Shown here: one piece after another, positions 38,965 to 49,590 of the stretch
Numbering within the stretch: the stretch's first letter is position 1
Layout of the letters: every line of letters starts with the position of its first letter
Assembly: GCA_038087875.1 (NCBI GenBank)
Contig: CM075991.1
Span: 6,822,001 to 6,886,000, forward strand
DNA length: 64,000 bases
Origin: Malacoraja senta
Taxonomy: Eukaryota
Direction: 5' to 3'
Position numbers and translations under genes: made by a program
Notes under the pieces: generated by a model
The model's database searches: none
Told to the model about the DNA's origin: nothing
The model's input: only the letters and a program-made list of their open reading frames with translations

Positions 38965-40235
38965 ACCAGAGATTTAAGGTGAGAGGGGTAAAGATTTAAT
39001 AGGAACCTTGGGGGCAACTTTTTCACACAAACGGTGGTGGGTATATTGGACGAGCTGCCAGAGTGGGTAGTGGAGGCAGGTATTATAACAACATTTCAAT
39101 GACATTTGGACAGGTACATGGTAGGAAAGGTTGAGAGGGAAATGGGTAAAATGAGGGCAGGTAAGACTAGTGTAGATGGGGCAGACAAAATATGTAGGAA
39201 ATCAGATGCTGGTTTATACCATTTCAACTTGAAGAAGGATTCTGAACCGAAACATCACCTATTCCTTTTCTCCAGAGATGCTGCCTGACCCGCTGAGTTA
39301 CCCCAGCATTTTAGAGAGAGAGAGAGAGATTCTTTTATTTGTCATTCAGACCTTTCGGTCTGAACGAAATTTCGTTGCCTGCAGTCATACATATAATAAT
39401 AAATAACAAAACACACAATAAACACAAATTAACATCCACCACAGTGAGTTCACCAGGCACCTCCTCACAGTGCTGGAGGCAAAAGTCTTAAAATCTCTGT
39501 CTCTTCCCTCTTTCTTGTTCCTCTGCGCTGAGGCGATCCAGGCTTCTGATGTTGTGACCCTGCCGGGTGATGGTAAGTCAGTCCCACGGCTGAATCCGAG
39601 CTCCGCTCCGCGACGGGCCGGTTCGCCCGGAGTGGTCGAAGCTGCCGAAGCTGCCGCCCTCCAGTCCAGCGGACGCAGCTGTAGTTGCGGGAGCTCCAGA
39701 AAAACAGGTCACCCACCTGTGACCTGCGAGCTCCCGGCGATGTCGTCCACTGGGCCCGCGGCCGAGCCTCCGGATTCAGGTCGCCACCAGTGTCCTCGGT
39801 CGCCACCGCCGGAACGCCACCGCAGCCCTGAAGCCGGCCAGCCCTGCGCTGGTAAGTCCTGGCTCTGCCTCCGGAGCCTCGAGGTCGGTCAGTTGCAGTT
39901 GGAGGCCGCCAGCTCCGCCATTAGGCCTCAGCGCAGACGGAGGCAGAGAAGGGGGATACGACAAGAAAAAGTCGCATTCCCCCGCAGGAAGAGACAAAAA
40001 TCATGTTTCACCCCACCACCCCACACATACACAACCCAATAAACTAAAATTTAACTAAAACAGGACAAAAGAAAACAACAAAAAAGTAAAAACAGACGGA
40101 CTGCAGGCGAGCCGATGCTGTTCAACAGCGCCGCCACTTCCGGACTTTGTGCCAATCTTCAGTGCAGAAGGGGCATCTTGGTTGGCATGGATAAGTTGGG
40201 TTGAGGGGGGCCTGTTTCCATGCTGTATGACTCGA
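38965..40235 (+). mobile_element. CR1 3' end split by a family A arm and a non-autonomous element
   Basis: CR1 text ending tagtgtagatggggca (~39183) resumes as agtgcagaaggggcatcttgg (~40161). Confidence 0.65.
39313..40143 (-). mobile_element. Non-autonomous GC-rich retroposon with Rex1-like 3' stem-loop
   Basis: 5' end CCGGAAGTGGCGGCG; 3' hairpin TTCAGACC-GAAA-GGTCTGAA, AATAAA and (TC)n tail; inserted into a family A arm. Confidence 0.6.
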
Positions 40236-40442
40236 AGGGCACACCTATTCTGTCATTGAGTCACACAGCATGGGTAAAATGTACGTCGAGAATATTTGTG
40301 AGAAATTGAAACACATGAGCTGCCGCACAAAGTTGAGCATTTAACTGAAGTGTATTGTCCTGAACTCAATTGATTGAAATACAAGGAATGAATGAAGACA
40401 GTGGCACACATAGCAACCACAAAATCACCAAAGAGCAAGGTA

Positions 40443-42060
40443 CAGTCGCTTGCAAACGTTTTCATACCCCTTGAACTTTTCCACATTTTGTCACGTTACA
40501 ACCACAAACGTAAATGTATTTTATTGGGATTTTATGTGATAGACCAACACAAAGTGGTGCATAATTGTGAAGTGGAAGGAAAATGATACATGGTTTTCAA
40601 ATTCTTTTTACAAATAAAAAACTGAAAAGTGTCGCGTGCAAAAGTATTCAGCCCCCCCGAGTCAATACTTTGTAGAACCACCTTTCGCTGCAATTACAGC
40701 TGCAAGTCTTTTGGGGTATGTCTCTACCAGCTTTGCACATCTAGAGACTGAAATGTTTGCCCATTCTTCTTTGCAAAATAGCTCAAGCTCAGTCAGATTG
40801 GATGGAGAGCGTCTGTGAACAGCAATTTTCAAGTCTTGCCAGAGATTCTCAATTGGATTTAGGTCTGGACTTTGACTGGGCCATTCTAACACATGAATAT
40901 GCTTTGATCTAAACCATTCCATTGTAGTTCTGGCTGTATGTTTAGGGTCGTTGTCCTGCTGGAAGGTGAACCTCCGCCCCAGTCTCAAGTCTTTTGCAGA
41001 CTCTAACAGGTTTTCTTCCAAGATTGCCCTGTATTTGGCTCCATTCATCTTCCCATCAACTCTGACCAGCTTCCCTGTCCCTGCTGAAGAAAAGCATCCC
41101 CACAGCATGATGCTGCCACCACCATGTTTCACAGTGTGGATGGTGTGTTCAGGGTGATGTGCAGTGTTAGGTTTCCGCCACACATAGCGTTTTGCATTTA
41201 GGCCAAAAACTTCAATTTTGGTCTCATCTGACCAGAGCACCTTCCTCCACATGGTTGCTGTGTCCCCCACATGGCTTGTGGCAAACTGCAAACAGGACTT
41301 CTTATGGCTTTTTTTCAACAATGGCTTTCTTCTTGCCACTCTTCCATAAAGGCCCGATTTGTGGCGTGCACGACTAATAGTTGTCCTGTGGACTAATTCT
41401 CCCACCTGAGCTGTGGATCTCTGCAGCTCCTCCAGAGTTACCATGGGCCTCTTGGCTGCTTCTCTGATCAATGCTCTCCTTGCTCGACCTGTCAGTTTAG
41501 GTGGACGGCCATGTCTTGGTAGGTTTGCAGTTGTGCCATACTCTTTCCATTTTCAGATGATGGATTGAACAGTGCTCTGTGAGATGTTCAAAGCTTGGGA
41601 TATTTTTTTATAACCTAACCCTGCTTTAAACTTCTCCACAACTTTATCCCTGACCTGTCTGGTGTGTTCCTTGGGCTTCATGATGCTATTTGTTCACTAA
41701 TGTTCTCTAACAAACCTCTGCGGCCTTCACAGAACAGCTGTATTTATACTGAGATTAGATTACACACAAGTGGACTCTATTTACTAATTAGGTGACTTCT
41801 GAAGGCAATTGGTTGCACTGGATTTTATTTAGGGGTATCAGAGTAAAGGGGGCTGAATACATTTGCACGCCACACTTTTCAGTTTTTTATTTGTAAATAA
41901 ATTTGAAAACCATGTGTCATTTTCCTTCCACTTCACAATTATGCGCCACTTTGTGTTGGTCTATCACATAAAATCCCAATAAAATACATTTACTTTTGTG
42001 GTTGTAACGTGACAAAATGTGGAAAAGTTCAAGGGGTATGAATACTTTTGCAAGCCACTG
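40443..42060 (-). mobile_element. Full-length Tc1 transposon (IR/DR type, 1618 bp)
   Basis: TA TSD at 40441-42 and 42061-62; ~210-bp TIRs starting CAGT; inner repeat gcaaaagtattca at ~40638. Confidence 0.97.
40662..41681 (-). pseudogene. Tc1 DD34E transposase, 339 codons with one in-frame stop at codon 43
   Basis: MKPKEHT...SII*KWKE...GRP; WSDETK, QQDND-34-E (SPDLNPIE). TGA at 41555-41553, no frameshift. Confidence 0.93.
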
Positions 42061-42576
42061 TAGATGTAGCAAACCTGGAAGGTATGTCCTATTTTGCACT
42101 AGTTGCTGAATAATCTGAAACTAAATCAGGTTCCACATATGAAGGGTATGTGAAAATCAAAAACAAAACTGGAGATGCTGGAAAACTGAAACCAAAAGTG
42201 CTCTCATTCTTTAGAAGGGTCCCTACCTGAAACATCACCCATTCCTTCTCTCCAGAGATGCTGCCTATCCCGCTGAGTTACTCCAGCATTTTGTGTCTAC
42301 CAAAAGTGCAGGACTCTTTTCAAGAGACATGTACTTTTGATTCAGAGGTATGTCTAGATCCTACAGCAGTTGGGAAACTGAAATTAAGGATAGTTAATTA
42401 AACTAGAATTAATTAAAAAGGTATCGATCAAAGTGACCAGGAATCTAACAGGGAGTTGCTCATACCAATCCAGTTCACTAATGTACTTCGTGGAAGTGAA
42501 CCCTATGCTTTACCTAGGCTGGACTATGTGTGAGTTCAAGCTCTAAAATGACCCAGCAATTTCAGTTCAAAAGACA

Positions 42577-42955
42577 GTTTTAGTTTAGTTTAGTTTATTA
42601 ATGTCACGTGTACCGAGGTACAGTGAAAAGCTTTTGTTATGCATGAATAAAATCACACCATCCACAGTGCATAGATAAAGGATAAAGGGTGCAACATTCA
42701 TGTGCAGGATATAACACTGAAGTCCGATAATGTCCGACTAAAGATAGTTCAAAGATCTGCCGTGAGGTAGATGGGAGGTCAGAACCACACTCTAGCTGAT
42801 GAGAGGACCGTTCTTGCCTGATAACAGCTGGGAAGAAACTGTTCCTGGTATTGGAGATATGCGTTTTCAAACTTCTGTACCTCTTGCCTAATGGGGGAGG
42901 CAAGAAGAGGGAGTGACCAGTCCTTGATTATGCTGGTGGCCTTGCCAAGGCAGTT
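42577..42955 (-). mobile_element. Rex1-type 3' end with ORF remnant
   Basis: PLGKRYRSLKT...RNSFFPAVIR followed by the (AAACT)n-tailed UTR. Confidence 0.8.
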
Positions 42956-45297
42956 AGGGATGGGGCATTAATGTTGGCCTTGCTGTTGACACATACATCC
43001 CGTGAATGAACCCAAACAGAATGAGTGCTGTTACCAGAAGAGTGACAGAAGTGTACATTCAGTCCAGAATTTCAGAGACAGCCGGGCCTTTTTTTTTTGC
43101 ACAGTTATTTATGCAAGTGAATACAAATGGATATTGTCATCATTTATTGCACGTCCTTAATGGCCTTCTGTGGCCTCAAGATCGGCTGCAGGTTGTGCCC
43201 CAAAGGTGGACTAATGTACTAGAAGGACATGGTTTGCTGGTTGATCCACTCGTTCAAGGAAGGTGATGGCTGGAGGCCCGCAGCAGCCTGGGGCTCGCTT
43301 GGATCAGGCAATGCTCATTACACCTAGAGCACGGCGGACTGGACTTTGAAAATGGCACCAAAACGGCACCTCGTGCATGCGGGCACATATTTCTGTACAC
43401 TTTGCTGATCGGGGGTTGAGCTTAGGTATGGCAATACTGTACTGGACTGTACGTAAGAAAATAATTTCACAGTGTTTTTACACATATGATAATAAAAGTA
43501 GCTATAAACATTTGACCGTTTAATTGTTTCAGAAGGACATGACAGTCCATTTCTGAGAGAAGAGTCAACCCACATTACTATGTGATAGACACAAAATGCT
43601 GGAGTAACTCAGCGGGACAGGCAGCATCTCTGGAGAGAAGGAATGGGTGAAGGTTCGGGTCAAGACCCTTCCTCAGACCCTGCATCAACCAGCATCTGCA
43701 GTTCCTTCATCCATATCATTATGTGTCTGGAGGCACATTTGGGCCAGATAATATGTATAGAATTTTTCCTTGAACAATATCAATGAATCAGATAATACAA
43801 TATGAAGGACACAAAATGCTGGAGTATATCAGCGGGTCAGTCATCTCTGGCGAACATGGATAGGTGACATTTAGGCTTTGGACCCTTCTTCAAACTGAAG
43901 AGTCCTGACCAAAACATCATTTATCCATGTTCGCCAGAGATGCTGTCTGACTCGATGAGTTACTCCAGCACTTTGTGTCCTTTTGTGTAAACCAGCATCT
44001 GCAGTTCCTTGTTTCTAGAAAATATAATCATATCATTTCATGACTCACTATTATGGATACAAAGGTTTTAAGAACAGAATTAGTTAATAGCCTGGAATTA
44101 TATTCCCCATCTTTTAAAGTGGGATTTGAACTCATTTTGTTGGCTCAATGGTACAACTGATTGAATGTCAGTCTAATAACTTAACTACATGCTATGATAT
44201 CCATCCAATTACAACTGAACCAGCATTAGCCTCTTGCTGCTTCTGTGTTATATTCCAGCATTATGACCCCGCAGATGAAATCTGGCAATGATTCCCTGTG
44301 CCTCCTCCACTATATCTGTTCAAACACAATGAGCGAACAGCTTTCAGTCATCTCAGCTGCAACTCTCCGGGATAACCTTCCAAAACCCCTCTCTCTGCTT
44401 CTTAAATCTATCTCTAAATCAATCGCCCCTTCAGCCACTTCTCCACACACCCTATAAAGTCACAGCATCTTTTCCTTTGGCTCGCTTTGAAGTGCTGTGG
44501 CATGCTCACAGGCGCTTTATAAATGCAGCTCATTATTATCCAACTACCTCCTAAGGCTGGGATGAAATGGCGATTTCTCTCAGGTGCTGCTCATTTTCTT
44601 GTCCCAGCGCTGTGCCAGCTTCGATTGCGGTGACTGGGCTCTGCCCAGGTGACGTGGGTTGCAGAAAACAAATTGCTGCGAGCTAAATGATATCGGAACA
44701 TTTCATTCAAAGAAAACTCCAGTTGTTTGACAAGATCCCTTCACCAGGTGCAGACTCCGACATGGGCAGTCGGTGCAGTGTGGGCAAACTGTAAAAAGTC
44801 CATATAAGCTGGACGAGAAGATAAAAGGTATGAAAAGAATGCTGAATAAGAAGACTGCATGCTGTGGGCTAGGGTGCATTGGAAGATCAAAAGGGTAAGT
44901 TATATGCTGCTCGTGTTTTTTTCCGATATGTCACAGCAGGGCTACGGCTTACCATAATGAGGTGTGAAAGTGCTGACAGGAACGCTCCTGCTGTGCTGAT
45001 TAAAATAAACTCGTTAAAGATCCCCTCCTGGAAATTAGGATAGGAAAAATTCAAACCTGACATCAGAGACCTTTTAAAAGGAGCGAGGTCGACACTGTAA
45101 AAAGGCCATGCATACTTTGGACGTGTGTCATGTTGCTGTCATGTTGCTGTAACTTTCTTCCTATTTTATATGCGATCAAGGCACATGGATGTCACTGGTG
45201 GAAGCCAAGACTGGCTCTTCATCCCTAATTGCCCTTGAACTGAGGGACTGGTAGGCCAAGGCTTGGCCATTTCAGAGTTAACCACTTTGCCATTGAT

Positions 45298-45484
45298 ACA
45301 CACACACACACATATATACACACTCACATTTATATATACACACAAACGCACACATGTGCGCACACACACACACACACACACACGTCCAACCACACACCCA
45401 TGTACAAGCACACACCCATGTGTATACACACACATTAATATATATATATATATTCACATGCACACACAGACACACATGTACAAG

Positions 45485-45546
<62 letters not shown>

Positions 45547-45724
45547 CACACTCACATTTATATATACACACAAACGCACACATGTGCGCACACACACACA
45601 CACACACACGTCCAACCACACACCCATGTACAAGCACACACCCATGTGTATACACACACATTTATTTATACACACATTAATATATATATATATATTCACA
45701 TGCACACACAGACACACATGTACA

Positions 45725-45798
<74 letters not shown>
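45298..45798. repeat. CA-rich compound microsatellite with ~230-240-bp higher-order duplication
   Basis: Block catatatacacactcacattt...gacacacatgtacaagc occurs twice. Confidence 0.9.
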
Positions 45799-45800
<2 letters not shown>

Positions 45801-46583
45801 CGTGACCTGAAAAATTAGTGCTTTTGCTTCCCTGAAAGACATTAAAGACAGCGGCTTTCGAGTATATTCTCAAGTATATCGTGGTCACTATTACTATTCC
45901 TACCTTTTTATTCCAGATTTATTTAATTACGTGTTTAAATGTCTTAATAGTTGTAGTGGGATTAGAAACCAATGTGCCCTGTTCTTTAATCTTGGCCTCT
46001 GGATATTAATTCAGTATTTTAACTACAATATTATGTTTTTTAGAAGTTAATTCAGCAACAGCCTTGCTCACAATTAGCCAAGGACTTGTATTATGTGTAA
46101 TCATTTCTATTTGACAACCACCTCTATCAACCTTAAAATGTCCATTCAAAGAATAAATCATTACCAAACTGAAGTCGACAACAAGACGAAAACCAGTAAA
46201 AGAGTTTAAGACAAAGTATTACATTTTCACAGCAGTTCGATTGTGGTTGGTACAAAAAGAAACTAGATTTGCATGGATACTGGGCCTTTGACCAAATGCC
46301 AGAGGGTTTCATACCTGGTGAAGCAATTGAGATTGCCATATCAGAAATACACCAGCTAATTTCTACATAATAGCAAACAGAAATTTTCCAGACAATCTAT
46401 ATTAGGAACAAGGAACTGCAGATGTTGATTTATTAAAAAAAAGACACACAGCGCTGGAGTAACTCAGTGGGTCAGGCAGTATCTCTGGAGAACATGGATA
46501 TGTGACATTCCAGGTCGGGAGCAAACAGTCTGAAAAAGGGTCACGACCCGAAACGTCACCAATCCATGTACTCCAGTGATGCT

Positions 46584-47375
46584 CGGAGTGACCCTTGACA
46601 GGACCCTATCCTTCAAGGAACATCTCAAAAGAACAGCAGCTAAGGTGAAGTCCAGAAACAATCTCCTCAGCAAGCTTGCTGGCTCAAAGTGGGGGGCAGC
46701 AGCCCCCACACTGCGCATTTCAGCACTAGCCCTTGCATTTTCTTCAGCCGAATATTGCGCCCCTGTTTGGTCCAGGTCATCCCACACATACCATGTGGAC
46801 ACCCAATTGAACTCAACAATGAGGATCATCACAGGAACAATCCGCTCAACACCACTCCCCTGGCTCCCTGTCCTATCCAACATAGCCCCTCCACACATCC
46901 AGCGAGTAGCCCTCACTCAAAGGATGCTCCAAAAGACCAAAAACTCCCCTCATCTGCCAATTCACATGGACATCTTCAACCCACCCACTGCTCGACTTCC
47001 ATCTAGCCGACCAATTTGGAAGAACCCACCACCAGCTGATTTCACCACCCAATCAGCTTGGAAAAAGGAATGGGAGTCCAAGGACGTCCCAAATAAATAT
47101 CTGGTGTCAGACCCCACCCTGGCACCAATCTCCCAAGGAAGCATTGGACGACGCTGAATAGATTCAGGACTGGACATGGCCCCTGCTTGGCCAGCCTTCA
47201 CAAATGGGGCAGCAGCCCAACCCCACGGTGTGCTTGTGGAGAGCAGCAAACAATGCAACACATCATTGAAGCATGCCCTCAAAAAAGACTTAAAGGAGGA
47301 CTTGTCACCCTTCATACAGCAGATCAAGAGGCAACTGCTTGGCTAAAGGACTTTGCATTCGCTAAATAAAATAAA
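46584..47375 (+). mobile_element. Vingi/ingi-like LINE 3' fragment
   Basis: LGVTLDRTLSF, KLAGSKWGA, AEYCAPVW, TPLPWLPVLSNIAPP, LNRFRTGHG, CACG..QTMQHII..CP. 9-bp TSD agtgatgct at 46575-46583 and 47376-47384; A-rich tail. Confidence 0.8.
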
Positions 47376-47454
47376 AGTGATGCTGCCAGATGCGCTGAGT
47401 TACTCTAGCACTTTGTGCGTCTTTTAATCTATCTTTGGAATTGCTTGTTATTGA

Positions 47455-47640
47455 GATACATCAAATCTTTTATATCCACTTAAGGACTGAAGTGTGCTTA
47501 GTTTAAGTTCTCCTTCAACTGTGCAGTACATCCAAAGTTCTCTAAATGAATAGCCTTGATTATATGCTCGAATCTCTGGAGTGGGTCTTCAATCCATAAT
47601 CTTCTACCTCAGTGGTCCACCCATAAAGCCATGCATGCTA
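47455..47640 (-). mobile_element. Deu-domain SINE 5' remnant
   Basis: atcttttatatccac...gccttgattatatgctc...tggagtggg resembles the DeuSINE reverse complement. Confidence 0.5.
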
Positions 47641-47724
47641 CACTGCAATAAATCATGGTGAAGTAGACAGAACAAAATACTCACATTTATCTTTGTCAGA
47701 TTGAGATTGAACCATATATTTTTC

Positions 47725-48052
47725 TGTCTGAAAAAGGGTCCCACCACAATACTTTACCTATCCATGTTCTCCAGAGACGTGCAAGAAAGAACTACAGTTG
47801 CTGGTTTACACTGAAGATAGACACAAAATGCTGGAGTAACTCAGCGGGTCAGGCAGCAGATGAAGGGACATAGTCTAATGAAGGATCTCGACCCGAAACA
47901 TCACATATTTATTTTCTCCAGAGATGCTGTCAGACCTGCTGAGTTACTCCAGCATTTTGTGTCCTATTCCAGAGATGCTGCCTGACCCATTGAATTATTC
48001 CAGCACTTTGTGTCTTCTTTTGTAAATCAGATTCTGCAGTTTCTTGTTTCTA
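47725..48052. mobile_element. Inverted-pair element nested in another arm
   Basis: Inner element flanked by tccagaga(c/t)g at 47770-47779 and 47968-47977. Confidence 0.7.
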
Positions 48053-48361
48053 CATATTTTTAGCACTTTTCTTTTACTCAGCGGTACATTATTGAGATTG
48101 ATCTGTTATAAATGAGTGAACTGATTCCATGCTTGTATTCTACTGTTCAGTTTAACTCATAAACATAAGTGTGAAGCCGTTCTGTTTGAAGTCTGCTGGA
48201 AACAGATCATTCATAAACAGAGTTTGCTCAATTGTTGCAACAATCCATTGAAGCTCATCTCCTCAAAACAGTTCAGCAGAACCAAAGTGATCGGAAGTGT
48301 TGTGTTTTGTGGAGAAACCTGATGCCTACACTTCACTGGTGATATTAGTAAATGAGAATAA

Positions 48362-48668
48362 AGAGCCTGTCCCACTGTACGAGGTAATTCAAAAGTTCTC
48401 CCGAGTTTCCCCTGATTCGAACTCGGAGAATTATGGTAATAGCCGCTCGTAGGTACTCGGGGCTCTCGTGGACATTTTTCAACATGTTGAAAAATCTCCA
48501 CGAGCTTACCGCGTTTCCCGAGTACCTGCCGTTAGCGTTACGAGCCGCTAAGAGACGTCCCGAGCTCTGACGTACTCGCTACGTACATTCTACATACTTA
48601 CCACGAGTTTGATTTTTTTTTAAACTCGGGAGAGCTCTTGGGTAAACTCGTATAGTGGGACTGGCCCT
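48362..48668. mobile_element. PIF/Harbinger-type MITE
   Basis: TAA TSD (48359-61, 48669-71); TIRs AGAGCCTGTCCCACTGTACGAG / CTCGTATAGTGGGACTGGCCCT. Confidence 0.88.
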
Positions 48669-48711
48669 TAAGACTAACATGTGGATTGAGATGGTACAGA
48701 ATATAAAATTT

Positions 48712-49100
48712 TAAGAGACAGATAGGGTAAACAGTCAGAACCTTTTTCCCAGATTGGAAATGCCAACACCAGAGTACATAACTATCAGATGAGAAGGGGA
48801 ATGTTTAATGGTAATATACAGCATTTTCAGTCTGAAGAAGGGTCCCGACACAGGTTTTTTATACAATGGGTGGTGGGGTCCTGGAACGCTTTGCCTGGGA
48901 TGGTGGTGGATGCAATAGTGGTGTTTAAGAGGCTTTTAGATAGGCACATGGAAGTGCAGGGTATAGAGGGATAGGGATCATGTGCAGGCAGATGAGATCA
49001 GTTCAGGTAGCCATCATGTTTGGCACAAACATTATGGGACGAAGAGCCTGTTCCTGTGCTGTGTTGGTCTATGTTCTATATTCTATGTTGTATGTTCTAC
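48712..49100 (+). mobile_element. CR1 3' fragment
   Basis: VVGSWNALPG..RLLDRHM; (TTCTATG)n tail. Confidence 0.8.
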
Positions 49101-49430
49101 GAGATGGTTCCAAGTTGCATCTGGGTTTTGTCTGATGTTCAATTAAGCATGTTACCATTTTTATCCATTCATTTGATTGGTATGGAAAAATGAATCTGGG
49201 TTCAATATCCAGTGACCATCCTGGATATCAATCAAGGAAAGCCTCAGGATGAGATTTGGTTTGCCGACTCTGCTTGAGCAGATTTCTGGACTTTTAAATG
49301 CCTACAACTACCAAAGTGAGTCAAGCCAACCTTTCCCTTTCATCCCCCACAAAATAACAGGAAGAAATACCACTCAATTTATTTTAACTAGCTCTGTGAT
49401 CTTTCTCTGGGATTTTTCAAAGCAGCATCC

Positions 49431-49590
49431 AGGGTTTTCTCCGAGATCTTCGGTTTCCTCCCACACTCCAAAGACGTACAGGTTTGTAGGTTAATTGGCT
49501 TGATAAAAATGTAAAATTGTCCAAGTTGGCGATATGCAGAGTACTGCCCTGCCGACTACAAAATTCAGAAGGTTCAGAAGGTTCAGAAGG
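49431..49590 (+). mobile_element. 5'-truncated V-SINE with alternative tail
   Basis: V-domain followed by aagttggcgatatgcagagtactgccctgccgac and (GGTTCAGAA)n. Confidence 0.8.

Noticed and set aside
39465..40042. GC-rich ORFs as a host exon
   Set aside because: Lie inside a tailed insertion nested in other repeats; no domain recognised.
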